DNA of 32,000 nt from the NCBI RefSeq assembly GCF_000014785.1, contig NC_008340.1, forward strand, positions 2,400,001-2,432,000. The letters are read 5' to 3'. The translations under genes and the position numbers were made by a program. The notes under the pieces were generated by a model. That model was given only the letters and a program-made list of their open reading frames with translations, had not been told where the DNA came from and did not search any database. Shown here one piece after another: positions 1 to 8,391 of the stretch. Position 1 is the stretch's first letter. Each line of letters opens with the position of its first letter. This stretch comes from Alkalilimnicola ehrlichii MLHE-1. GTDB lineage: Bacteria > Pseudomonadota > Gammaproteobacteria > Nitrococcales > Halorhodospiraceae.

Positions 1-714
1 AAGCTCGACGTGGAGGGGGACAATTGGGCCTATGGCTTCAACCTGGGGGCCCTGTTCGAACCGGTCGAGGGGACCCGCCTCGGGGTGGCCTACCGCTCGC
101 GCATCACCCATGACCTTTCGGGGGATGCCGAGTACGACCCGGCGAACTTCGGCCCGGGCACCGCCGAGCCCCAGGAGGTCGGGGGGAGCGCCAAACTGCG
201 CCTGCCCGAGACCCTCAGTCTGGGCATCCACCAGGCGATCAACGACCGCTGGGCGGTGATGGCCGACGCCACCTGGACCCGCTGGAGCCGCTTCGATGAG
301 CTACGGGTGGATTTCGACGAGGACATCACCATCGGCACCACCCTGATGGGGCCGATCACCTCCTCCGGCAGCGTCGACGACTACAGCTGGGACGACACCT
401 GGTTCGTCGCCCTGGGCGCCACCTTCCGTCCCAACAACGAATGGGCACTGCGGGTCGGGGTGGCCCACGACGAAAGCCCGGTCAGCAACTGCTGCCGCAC
501 CCCGCGCATCCCGGACGAGGACCGCACCTGGCTGGCCTTCGGCGCCAGCTACCAGCCCAATGACAACGTGAAACTGGACTTTGGCTACACCTACATCTGG
601 CTGGACGACGCCGATATCGTGCTGAACGACGACAACCCCAATGTCCCGGACGTGGAGGGCGAGTACGAAAGCTCTGTGCAGATCCTCACCGCCTCATTCA
701 ACTACCGGTTCTGA
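1..714 (+). CDS. FadL/OmpP1/TodX-family outer membrane transport protein, 5'-truncated by window edge
   Basis: Frame is open from base 1 ([33 protein letters not shown]...). C-terminal beta-barrel features: [41 protein letters not shown]-like strands, [21 protein letters not shown], terminal ...SFNYRF. Confidence 0.85.
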   Translation, partial: KLDVEGDNWAYGFNLGALFEPVEGTRLGVAYRSRITHDLSGDAEYDPANFGPGTAEPQEVGGSAKLRLPETLSLGIHQAINDRWAVMADATWTRWSRFDELRVDFDEDITIGTTLMGPITSSGSVDDYSWDDTWFVALGATFRPNNEWALRVGVAHDESPVSNCCRTPRIPDEDRTWLAFGASYQPNDNVKLDFGYTYIWLDDADIVLNDDNPNVPDVEGEYESSVQILTASFNYRF

Positions 715-922
715 CAGCCCGCCTGTCGATCGCCCCACCGGGGGCCGGACACCCCCGTTCGGCCCCTTTCTCATTCCACCAGCCGGACCTCACTCCATTT
801 TTTTATTCGTATCCGGCATTAAATTACCACGATCAATTCTTTTTTTTGCTAAGCCCCAGGCGTTACGCTCTCTCAAACCGTCAACGCCTCGTCACGGGAT
901 GGGAGACTGGAGAGCCCGCGTT

Positions 923-1660
923 ATGGCCAACAGACCACAGGCATTGAAGATCCACCCCCAGCCGGTTCTCGCCCCCGGGGAGCTCGACTCGGTCCGACGG
1001 CAACTGGCGGCGGCATCGGCGCAGGAGCGTGTGCGCTGGGGCCTCGCCCGCTTCCCCGGACGCATTGTCCTCGCCTCCAGCTTCGGGGCGCAGGCCGCGG
1101 TGTCCCTGCACCTGGTGACCCGTGAACAGCCCGACATCCCCGTGGTACTGGTGGATACCGGCTATCTCTTCCCGGAGACCTACCGCTTTGTGGACGAGCT
1201 CACTGAACGGCTCGGTCTCAACCTTCAAGTCGCCCGCCCGGCGCACTCCGCGGCCTGGCAGGAGGCGCGCTTCGGCCGTCTCTGGGAGCAGGGCGTCGAG
1301 GGGATCGAACGCTACAATCGGATGAACAAGGTCGAGCCCATGCAGCAGGCCCTGGAGACCTTGGGGGCCGACGCCTGGTTTGCCGGGCTGCGCCGGCAGC
1401 AGGCGCACTCGCGGCAACAACGGCAGGTGGTCGAGATCCAGAACGACCGGGTCAAGGTGCATCCGATCATCGACTGGACAGACCGGGATGTCCACCGCTA
1501 CCTGACCCGCCACGACCTGCCCTACCACCCCCTCTGGCACGAAGGCTACGTCTCCATCGGCGACGTCCACACCACCCGCCGGCTCGCCGACGGCATGAGC
1601 GAGGAGGAGACGCGCTTCTTCGGCCTGCGCCGGGAGTGCGGTCTGCACGACCTGGTCTGA
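923..1660 (+). CDS. cysH: Phosphoadenylyl-sulfate (PAPS) reductase, CysH family
   Basis: [60 protein letters not shown] and C-terminal ECGLH. Lacks the CC...CxxC cluster of APS reductases. Start taken as the in-frame ATG at 923, not the ORF-track start at 641. Confidence 0.92.
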   Translation: MANRPQALKIHPQPVLAPGELDSVRRQLAAASAQERVRWGLARFPGRIVLASSFGAQAAVSLHLVTREQPDIPVVLVDTGYLFPETYRFVDELTERLGLNLQVARPAHSAAWQEARFGRLWEQGVEGIERYNRMNKVEPMQQALETLGADAWFAGLRRQQAHSRQQRQVVEIQNDRVKVHPIIDWTDRDVHRYLTRHDLPYHPLWHEGYVSIGDVHTTRRLADGMSEEETRFFGLRRECGLHDLV

Positions 1661-1783
1661 GCATCGGCCTGGTTGACGCCCGCCCCCGCCTCCGCGGTCA
1701 GCGGTGGCGGTCGGCGGGTGGGTGGCGTCAGACGCCGGACACGCCCGCCGTCGGTTCCCGGGTCCTGCGCTCACTGGATCTGG

Positions 1784-2098
1784 TTATCCTCCGGACGCTG
1801 GGTGACTCCACGAGACCGCCAGATAGCCCGCCGCGATCACCGCCAGGGTCAGTAACAGCAACCCCAGCCAGGCCCCGCGCCAGGACGATCCGGAGGCACG
1901 CAGATTCAAATACACCATCGCCACCTGGTGGGCCTTGAAGCCGGTGCTCAGCAGCAGCAAGCCGGCGGACCACAGCGGCAATGTCCGGGCAGCCCCTTCA
2001 CCGCCCAGTTGCGCGGCGCACATGGAGAGCCCGGTCAGCGCCATCAGCACCGCCCAGGTCTGCAGCAGCCGGCGTTTACCGGGCAACGGTTGAGTCAT
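1784..2098 (-). CDS. norF: Small membrane protein, NorF / cytochrome c oxidase subunit IV-like
   Basis: 104 aa, three hydrophobic segments, immediately downstream of norE in a nor locus (LSTGFKAHQVAMVYLNLR). Confidence 0.7.
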   Translation of the reverse strand: MTQPLPGKRRLLQTWAVLMALTGLSMCAAQLGGEGAARTLPLWSAGLLLLSTGFKAHQVAMVYLNLRASGSSWRGAWLGLLLLTLAVIAAGYLAVSWSHPASGG

Positions 2099-2101
2099 CG
2101 C

Positions 2102-2698
2102 TCACCTCAACAGGTAGATCAACGGATACAGCAGCACCCAGACCAGATCCACCATGTGCCAGAAGGCCGTGCCCGTCTCCACATGGGTCATGCGCGGCCG
2201 CCAGACCACCAGCGCCAGCAACACCAGGCCGAACACCACGTGGGCGAAGTGGAAACCGGTCAGCAGGTAGTAGAAGGTAAAGAAGGTGTTGCTCTCAGGC
2301 GTGAGCCCGGCACCCAGTTTGTCGGCGTACTCCACCACCTTGATCACGGCAAAGACCAGTCCCAGCACCATAGCGGCCAGTAACCACTGACGGCATCGCC
2401 GAACCCCTCCCACCGCGACGGCCTCCAGGGCTAGCGCGGCAAACAGACCGCTGGTGAGCAGAATGAGGGTGTTCAGCCCGCCCAGTAGCGGGTTGAGCAG
2501 TTGCCGCGAGGCCTCAAACACCTCCGGTTCGCCGGCGCGGGCCCAGGCAAAGGCCGCGAAGAAGGCGGCAAAGACCACCACCTCACTCAGGATCAACACC
2601 CACATCAGCGGGTTTCCGGGCAGCCCGGCCAATGGGCCCCAGCCCGGATTGCAGACCAACGGGGCCCCGCCGTTATCGGTCCCACCACCTGGTCGCAT
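2102..2698 (-). CDS. norE: Cytochrome c oxidase subunit III-family protein, NorE
   Basis: GNPLMWVLILSEVVVFAAFFAAFAW..., TGFHFAHVVFGLVLLALV, ETGTAFWHMVDLVWVLLYPLIYLL. ATG at 2698 preceded by GGAGGG; the ORF track uses a TTG at 2716. Confidence 0.88.
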   Translation of the reverse strand: MRPGGGTDNGGAPLVCNPGWGPLAGLPGNPLMWVLILSEVVVFAAFFAAFAWARAGEPEVFEASRQLLNPLLGGLNTLILLTSGLFAALALEAVAVGGVRRCRQWLLAAMVLGLVFAVIKVVEYADKLGAGLTPESNTFFTFYYLLTGFHFAHVVFGLVLLALVVWRPRMTHVETGTAFWHMVDLVWVLLYPLIYLLR

Positions 2699-2742
2699 CA
2701 GCCCTCCATCGCGCAAGGCCCTCCCCCCGCGCCGTTTTCGAA

Positions 2743-2756
2743 TTGCCGTGAATCAA
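2743..2756. promoter_or_regulatory. Candidate FNR/DNR-like box (TTGCCGTGAATCAA)
   Basis: Compared with TTGAT-N4-ATCAA: right half-site perfect, left half-site 3/5. In the divergent norE/norC intergenic region. Confidence 0.45.
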
Positions 2757-2792
2757 GTTTGCAGCGCTTTTCCATGCCCACCGCTGGACTTA

Positions 2793-2815
2793 AAGATGCT
2801 GTTATTTTACATCTT
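2793..2815. promoter_or_regulatory. Candidate NsrR-like box, AAGATGCTGTT-A-TTTTACATCTT (11-1-11)
   Basis: Same geometry as the NsrR motif AAGATGCATTT-n-AAATGCATCTT, about 16/22 matches, outer AAGATG/CATCTT arms intact, about 80 bp upstream of norC. Confidence 0.55.
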
Positions 2816-2894
2816 ATGGCTCTGGCTGACAGGTCACGTTAATCCGCAGCATCACGGCACTGAGCCATCGCCATCAACTGGGGGGTATACGCCG

Positions 2895-3347
2895 ATGTCC
2901 GACGGTCTGACCAAGGCCGCGGCCCGGAACATTTTCTTCGGCGGGTCGCTGTTCTTCTTCATCCTCTTTGCCGCACTGACGGCACACAGCCACTGGTACA
3001 TCGTCAATCACTCCACCGACCACGCCGGCATGACCGACTCGGTCGTGGCGGGTAAGGAGGTCTGGGAGGAGCACAACTGCATTAATTGTCACACCATCCT
3101 CGGCGAGGGCGCCTACTTTGGCCCTGAGATGGGCAATGTCTGGACCCGGTTCGGCGGGCACCGGAGCCCCGAGGGTGCACGCGCCGCCATTGCCGGCTGG
3201 ATACGCGCCCAGCCCACCGGGGCCCCGGGGCGGCGGCAAATGCCCTACTTCGAAATCAACGATGAGGAGATGGACGCGCTGATCGATTTCCTCGAATGGA
3301 CCGACAACATCGACACCCAAGACTGGCCGCCCCACCCATCCGGATGA
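2895..3347 (+). CDS. norC: Nitric oxide reductase subunit C (membrane-anchored cytochrome c)
   Basis: MSDGLTKAAARNIFFGGSLFF..., heme-binding CINCH, YFGPEMGNVWTRFGGHRSPEGARAAIAGWI. Internal ATG at 2895 chosen. Confidence 0.95.
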   Translation: MSDGLTKAAARNIFFGGSLFFFILFAALTAHSHWYIVNHSTDHAGMTDSVVAGKEVWEEHNCINCHTILGEGAYFGPEMGNVWTRFGGHRSPEGARAAIAGWIRAQPTGAPGRRQMPYFEINDEEMDALIDFLEWTDNIDTQDWPPHPSG

Positions 3348-3407
3348 GCCACCGGCACTGACTGAACCACCGGTACAACGGGTCCCGAGACGAGGAGCAC
3401 GTCAACC

Positions 3408-4751
3408 ATGAAGTATGAAACCCAACGGGTGGCCTACCCCTTCTTTCTGGTCGCCATGGCGCTGTTCGCGCTGCAGATCACCTTCGGCATTCTGGCCGGC
3501 ACGGTCTACGTACTGCCCAACTTCCTCGCCGAAGCGATGCCCTTTCACATCATCCGCACCAGCCACACCAACCTGTTGATCGTCTGGCTACTGATCGGCT
3601 TCTTCGGCTGCACCTACTACCTGATACCGGAGGAGACGGAACACGAGCTCTACAGTCCCAAGCTGGCCTACATCCAGCTGGGGATCTTCGCCTTTGCCGG
3701 GGCCGCCGCCCTGGTGGGCTACCAGTTCGGTATCCACGAGGGACGCCACTACCTGGAGCAGCCCTTTTGGGTGAAGAGCTTGCTGACCCTCTCCTTCCTG
3801 ATGTTCCTGTTCAACACCACGATGACGCTGATCAAGGGCCGGCGCACGGCGGTGAGCCTGGTGCTCATGCTGGGCCTTTGGCTGGCGGCCATCTTCTGGA
3901 TGTTCGCCTTCTATAACCCGTCCAACCTGGCGCTGGACAAGCTCTACTGGTGGTGGATCGTCCACATCTGGGTGGAAGGCGTCTGGGAGCTGATCATGGC
4001 CGCCCTGCTCGGCTACCTGCTGATCAAGCTCACCGGCGTGGATCGGGAGATCATCGAGAAGTGGCTGTATGTGATCGTCGGTCTGTCGCTGTTTTCCGGT
4101 CTGCTCGGCACTGGCCACCACTATTACTGGATCGGCACCCCCGGCTACTGGCAGCCCATCGGCAGCATCTTCTCCACCCTGGAGGTCATCCCCTTCTTCG
4201 CCATGGTGGTGTTCGCCTTCTACATGTTCTGGAAGGGCAGCCGGAATCACCCCAACAAGGCGGCCATGCTGTGGACCCTCGGCTGTGCGGTCATCGCCTT
4301 CTTCGGCGCCGGCGTCTGGGGCTTCATGCACACCCTGTCGTTCATCAACTACTACACCCACGGCACCCAGATCACCGCCGCCCACGGCCACTTGGCCTTC
4401 TTCGGGGCCTACGTGATGCTGGTCCTGGCGCTCATCTCCTACGCCATGCCGCAGATGCGCCGGGTCCAGCCCTACAACCAGGTGATGAACATGTGGTCCT
4501 TCTGGATCATGACCTCCGCCATGTGCTTCATGACCTTCACCCTGACCTTCGCCGGTGTGGTGCAGACCCACCTGCAACGGGTGCTGGGCATGAACTTCAT
4601 GGAGGTGCAGGGCCAACTGGATATGTTCTACGTGATGCGGCTGGGTGCGGGCGTGGCCGTGGCCGTAGGCCTGGTACTGTTCCTCTGGTCGATTTACGGC
4701 CGGACCCGCGAGCAGGTGCCACAGACGGCCAATGTCCCAGGCACCGCCTGA
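3408..4751 (+). CDS. norB: Nitric oxide reductase subunit B (cNOR catalytic subunit)
   Basis: HIWVEGVWELIMAALLGYLL, GTGHHYYWIGTPGYWQPIG, THGTQITAAHGHLAFFGAYVM; 12-TM-like hydropathy. Confidence 0.97.
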   Translation: MKYETQRVAYPFFLVAMALFALQITFGILAGTVYVLPNFLAEAMPFHIIRTSHTNLLIVWLLIGFFGCTYYLIPEETEHELYSPKLAYIQLGIFAFAGAAALVGYQFGIHEGRHYLEQPFWVKSLLTLSFLMFLFNTTMTLIKGRRTAVSLVLMLGLWLAAIFWMFAFYNPSNLALDKLYWWWIVHIWVEGVWELIMAALLGYLLIKLTGVDREIIEKWLYVIVGLSLFSGLLGTGHHYYWIGTPGYWQPIGSIFSTLEVIPFFAMVVFAFYMFWKGSRNHPNKAAMLWTLGCAVIAFFGAGVWGFMHTLSFINYYTHGTQITAAHGHLAFFGAYVMLVLALISYAMPQMRRVQPYNQVMNMWSFWIMTSAMCFMTFTLTFAGVVQTHLQRVLGMNFMEVQGQLDMFYVMRLGAGVAVAVGLVLFLWSIYGRTREQVPQTANVPGTA

Positions 4752-4774
4752 CTGCCTTCCGGCCAGGCCACGAC

Positions 4775-4809
4775 GGTCTGCCACCGGGTCCGGAACCCGG
4801 TGGCAGACC
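4775..4809 (+). other. Strong intercistronic hairpin between norB and norQ
   Basis: Perfect inverted repeat GGTCTGCCACCGGGT - CCGGA - ACCCGGTGGCAGACC (15-bp stem, 5-nt loop) with no U-tract after it. Confidence 0.8.
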
Positions 4810-4861
4810 CGCTCCGGCTGAGCGATCCCGACCCGTTCCCGATACGCAAGAGGTCCGGCTC

Positions 4862-5674
4862 ATGCCCCGATCCGCAGAAGCACTGGCAACGCCATCCCGC
4901 GACACTCCCTATTACGAGCCCGTGGGCGGTGAATGCCGCCTGTTCGAGCACGCCCACCAGCACGGCCTGCCGCTGCTGCTCAAGGGCCCCACCGGCTGTG
5001 GCAAGACCCGCTTCGTCAGCCATATGGCCACCCGCCTGGGCCGGCCGCTGTACACCGTCGCCTGTCATGACGACCTGACCGCCGCCGATCTCACCGGCCG
5101 CTACCTGTTGCAGGGCGGCGAGACCCGCTGGGTGGACGGCCCGCTGACCCGCGCGGTGCGCGAGGGCGGGATCTGCTACCTGGACGAGGTGGTGGAGGCG
5201 CGCAAAGACGTTACCGTGGTGCTGCACCCGCTCACCGACGACCGCCGTGTGCTCCCCCTGGAACGCACCGGCGAGCTGTTGCAGGCCCCGAAGGACTTCA
5301 TGCTGGTGGTCTCCTACAACCCGGGGTATCAGAACATCCTGAAGACCCTGAAACCGAGCACCCGGCAACGCTTCATGGCGCTCTCCTTTGACTTTCCCCC
5401 ACCGGAGACCGAGGTGGCCATCGTCAGTCGCGAGAGCGGGCTGGACCGGGACCGCTGCCTGGCCCTGGTCAACCTGGCGGTGCGGCTACGCGCCCTCAAG
5501 GGACAGGACCTTGAGGAGGGCGTCTCCACCCGGCTGCTGGTCTACTGCGCCAGCCTGATCCGCTCCGGCGTCCCCATCCTGGAGGCGGCCCACTGCACCC
5601 TGGTGGAGCCGCTCAGCGACGATGAGGACGTCAAGGCCGGACTCGCTGAAGCCGTGCACGCCACCTTCGGCTGA
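4862..5674 (+). CDS. norQ: MoxR-family AAA+ ATPase, NorQ/CbbQ family
   Basis: GPTGCGKTRFVSHMATRLGRPLYTVACHDDLTAADLTGRYLL (Walker A), GGICYLDEVVEARKD (Walker B), position between norB and norD. ATG at 4862. Confidence 0.92.
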   Translation: MPRSAEALATPSRDTPYYEPVGGECRLFEHAHQHGLPLLLKGPTGCGKTRFVSHMATRLGRPLYTVACHDDLTAADLTGRYLLQGGETRWVDGPLTRAVREGGICYLDEVVEARKDVTVVLHPLTDDRRVLPLERTGELLQAPKDFMLVVSYNPGYQNILKTLKPSTRQRFMALSFDFPPPETEVAIVSRESGLDRDRCLALVNLAVRLRALKGQDLEEGVSTRLLVYCASLIRSGVPILEAAHCTLVEPLSDDEDVKAGLAEAVHATFG

Positions 5675-5702
5675 CCATCCGCCCGAGGCGCAGGAGAAGC
5701 CC

Positions 5703-7646
5703 ATGCTGCAGTTCCTGGAGGTGGAAGAGTTCGTCGGTCGCCACTGGCACCGTTGGGCATCGCAGGCACGGAGCTACCCGCGCCACCCGGAGGCCGCGGT
5801 CCAGCTCGCCACCCTGCGCGGCCTCCTGGGCGTGTTCTTCCGCGCCAGCGGGGGGCCGGCGGGGGTGCCGGTGGCCTCCATCGTGGCCCGCAACTCCCGT
5901 CACCGCCTGACCTGGCGGCAGCGCCTCGGGTTCGACGAGGAGCCGGTGGATCGGGCCCGCCGCGATGAGGAGAACCTGCTGCTGCCACCGGTGCTGGACT
6001 ACTTCCCCACCGCGGCTCAGAACCGCGACCACTATCTTTGGCTGGCGGCCTTCCTGGCCCTGGCGCGGCCACCGCGCACGGACCGCCTGCACGACCCATT
6101 GCAGCAGGATATCGTCCGGCTGCGGGAGGTCCACCGCGTGATCCAAACCATCCGCGACCGGCTACCGGGGCTCCACCAGCGTTACCGCGCCCTGGGCAGC
6201 GCCATGCTGGCACTGCGCCCCCGGCGCCGCCTGCCGCCCCAGGAGTCCGCCGTGGAGCTGGCCGTGCAGTACCTGCTCGGGGCCGCCCTGCCGGGTCGGA
6301 GCGCCGCCACGGCCATCGTCCGCGCCGTCACCGATCCACAAGTGGCCCTGGATGCGTTCCAGGCCGACCGGGATTACCGACCACCCCTGCCCATGCCGCT
6401 CTGGGGCGAGGTCGTCCCGCTGGGCACGGGGACCGGCGCCAAGCCGGGCGAGGGCCACGACGAGGGCGGCGCCACGGGCAGCCCCAAGCAGGCCAGCGAG
6501 GGCAAGCGCCAGGCCGAGCGCCGTCACCAGGACCAATGCGAGCGCGACGACCCGCTGGTCCTCAACCGCTTCGAGAAGATGCTCTCCTGGACGGAGATGG
6601 TGAACGTCAACCGGCTGGTTGAAGACGAGGAGGACGAAGAGGCCAAACGGGCTGCTGAACAGATCGAGGAGATCACCCTCAGCCCCCATAAGCAGCGCGC
6701 GGCCACCCGGCTGAAGGTGGACCTGGACCTGCCGCCGGACGCCGTCACCGGCGATCGCCTGCGCGCAACCCACACCTACCCGGAGTGGAACTTCCGCAAG
6801 CAGGCCTACCTGCCGGACCACTGCGCCGTGCACACGGACCTGCAGCCCGAGGAGGGCGAGGCCTGGCGCCCCGATGCCGGCACCCGCCGGCGCATCCGCC
6901 GGGTGCAACGCCAGTTCGAGGCCCTGCGCCCGCGCCGGGAACTGCTGCGCGCCCAGATCGATGGCGCGGAACTGGACATGGACGCCACCATCCGCGCCCA
7001 TTGCGACCTCCGGGCCACCGGCGAGGGCTCCGACAACATCTACCAGGCGGCCCGCTGCCAGGCCCGCGACCTGGCGGTGGCGATCCTGGTGGACTGCTCG
7101 CTCTCCACCGACGCCTGGCTGGAGGATCAGCGGATACTGGATGTGGAGAAGGAGGCCCTGCTGGTGCTGGCCCATGGCCTCAAGGGCTGCGGAGACGATT
7201 ATGCCATCTACACCTTCACCTCCCACCGGCGGCAGAAGGTCTGGGTAAATACCGTCAAGGCCTTCGACGAACCCCTCCAGGCGCGGGTGGAGCGCCGGAT
7301 CGGGGCACTCAAGCCCGGCCATTACACCCGCATGGGACCGGCGCTACGCCACGTCTCCGGCGAATTGGCCAAACGGCCCAATAGGCACAAACTGCTACTG
7401 GTGCTCACCGACGGCAAGCCCAACGATACCGACTACTATGAGGGCCGCTACGCCATCGAGGACACGCGCAAGGCGGTACGGGAGGCCCGGCGCCAGGCCC
7501 AGACGGTGTTCGGTGTCACCGTGGACAGCGAGGCCCAACAGTACTTTCCTTACCTGTTCGGACGGGCCGGCTACAGCATCGTCCAGCGGCCCGCCCACCT
7601 GGCCCAGAGCTTGCCGGCCATCTACCGTCAGATCATCAGCGAATAG
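5703..7646 (+). CDS. norD: NorD, VWA-domain nitric oxide reductase activation protein
   Basis: C-terminal VWA domain AILVDCSLSTDAW, KALLVLTDGKPNDTDYYEGRYAIEDT (MIDAS-like), adjacent to norQ. Confidence 0.92.
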   Translation: MLQFLEVEEFVGRHWHRWASQARSYPRHPEAAVQLATLRGLLGVFFRASGGPAGVPVASIVARNSRHRLTWRQRLGFDEEPVDRARRDEENLLLPPVLDYFPTAAQNRDHYLWLAAFLALARPPRTDRLHDPLQQDIVRLREVHRVIQTIRDRLPGLHQRYRALGSAMLALRPRRRLPPQESAVELAVQYLLGAALPGRSAATAIVRAVTDPQVALDAFQADRDYRPPLPMPLWGEVVPLGTGTGAKPGEGHDEGGATGSPKQASEGKRQAERRHQDQCERDDPLVLNRFEKMLSWTEMVNVNRLVEDEEDEEAKRAAEQIEEITLSPHKQRAATRLKVDLDLPPDAVTGDRLRATHTYPEWNFRKQAYLPDHCAVHTDLQPEEGEAWRPDAGTRRRIRRVQRQFEALRPRRELLRAQIDGAELDMDATIRAHCDLRATGEGSDNIYQAARCQARDLAVAILVDCSLSTDAWLEDQRILDVEKEALLVLAHGLKGCGDDYAIYTFTSHRRQKVWVNTVKAFDEPLQARVERRIGALKPGHYTRMGPALRHVSGELAKRPNRHKLLLVLTDGKPNDTDYYEGRYAIEDTRKAVREARRQAQTVFGVTVDSEAQQYFPYLFGRAGYSIVQRPAHLAQSLPAIYRQIISE

Positions 7647-7663
7647 GCCCTGACGGGGGGAAC

Positions 7664-7855
7664 ATGCCCAATCGACGCTATCTGACCGCTTTCGCCATCG
7701 CCGCCGTCATCTCTATGGGGGCGGTGTGGCTGCTCGCCTGGCTGATCAACAATCATGACTGGGGCGTGGCCATGATGCTCATCGTGCCCCTGGCGGTGTT
7801 CCTGATGATCCGCCTAGCGCGCCGGCTGGACCGCTGGGCCCGGGATGGGGGCTGA
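7664..7855 (+). CDS. Small two-TM hypothetical membrane protein (63 aa)
   Basis: MPNRRYLTAFAIAAVISMGAVWLLAWLINNHDWGVAMMLIVPLAVFLMIRLARRLDRWARDGG; 17 bp after norD, same strand. Confidence 0.6.
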   Translation: MPNRRYLTAFAIAAVISMGAVWLLAWLINNHDWGVAMMLIVPLAVFLMIRLARRLDRWARDGG

Positions 7856-7863
7856 TCAGCCCC
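7848..7863. repeat. Perfect 16-bp palindrome GGGGCTGATCAGCCCC spanning both convergent stop codons
   Basis: Read directly. TGA (7853-7855, + strand) and TCA (7856-7858, stop of the - strand gene) are adjacent at the palindrome centre. Confidence 0.9.
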
Positions 7864-8251
7864 GCCCGAAGCCCAGCCCGCGGGGGTTGGGCACCGCCCG
7901 TCCCTGCATCAAGTCATTGACGCCCACCGCGCAGCGCCCCACGGCCCAGACCATCCAGGCAGCCAGGATGAAATAGCCGAGCAGGGTCATGGCCAGGCCC
8001 AATGCCACGGCCAGCAGCAACAGCCCCAGCCAGAAGGTGCGGATCTGGAAGGTGTAGTGGCTCCTCAGCCATGCCGGTGCCCGGTTACGCCGCCAGTGGG
8101 CCAGCACCACCCCCACCGGGGCGGTGGCCACCATCATGATACCGCCCAGCAGCAGCAGGTAGACCGTCGCGGCCCAGGTGCCGCCTCCGCCGGCCGTTGC
8201 CTGTTCGTCCTGCAACGTGGCCGGGCCCTCTGCCCCTGATGAATAGGACAT
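7856..8251 (-). CDS. Uncharacterised small membrane protein (about 131 aa; COG3671/DUF4870-like)
   Basis: MSYSSGAEGPATLQ... then three hydrophobic segments with LRSHYTFQIRTFWLGLLLL. Internal ATG at 8251 preferred over the ORF-track start at 8335. Confidence 0.65.
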   Translation of the reverse strand: MSYSSGAEGPATLQDEQATAGGGGTWAATVYLLLLGGIMMVATAPVGVVLAHWRRNRAPAWLRSHYTFQIRTFWLGLLLLAVALGLAMTLLGYFILAAWMVWAVGRCAVGVNDLMQGRAVPNPRGLGFGRG

Positions 8252-8313
8252 AACATACTCCGTTAATACACCTTCCAAGGCTAACGCACCCGTCCGCCCC
8301 GACACAATGGAGC

Positions 8314-8358
8314 TTCTGCCAGAGCGACCGATCACGAGCCGACAGCTTTCTGGCAGAA
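8314..8358. promoter_or_regulatory. Paired palindromic sites TTCTGCCAGAG / TTCTGGCAGAA
   Basis: 8314-8324 and 8348-8358, centres 34 bp apart. Also read as a 10-bp inverted repeat TTCTGCCAGA (8314-8323) / TCTGGCAGAA (8349-8358). In the divergent intergenic region. Confidence 0.5.
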
Positions 8359-8391
8359 TCAGTCACAGCACCCACCAATCGCAGGAGCGGC

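Noticed and set aside
790-860. AT-rich tract with two long T runs upstream of cysH
   Set aside because: Could be a promoter or UP element or the fadL-family gene terminator, but I could not identify a convincing hairpin or -35/-10 pair.
3588-4784. 398-aa minus-strand ORF opposite norB, and the 386-aa ORF 6162..7322 (-) opposite norD
   Set aside because: Antisense to well-supported nor genes, no domain signature, compositional artefact.
3950-4861. Long N-terminal extension of the norQ reading frame through norB
   Set aside because: The extension is an out-of-frame reading of norB. The true NorQ begins at the ATG at 4862 (MPRSAEALATPSRDTPYYEP...).
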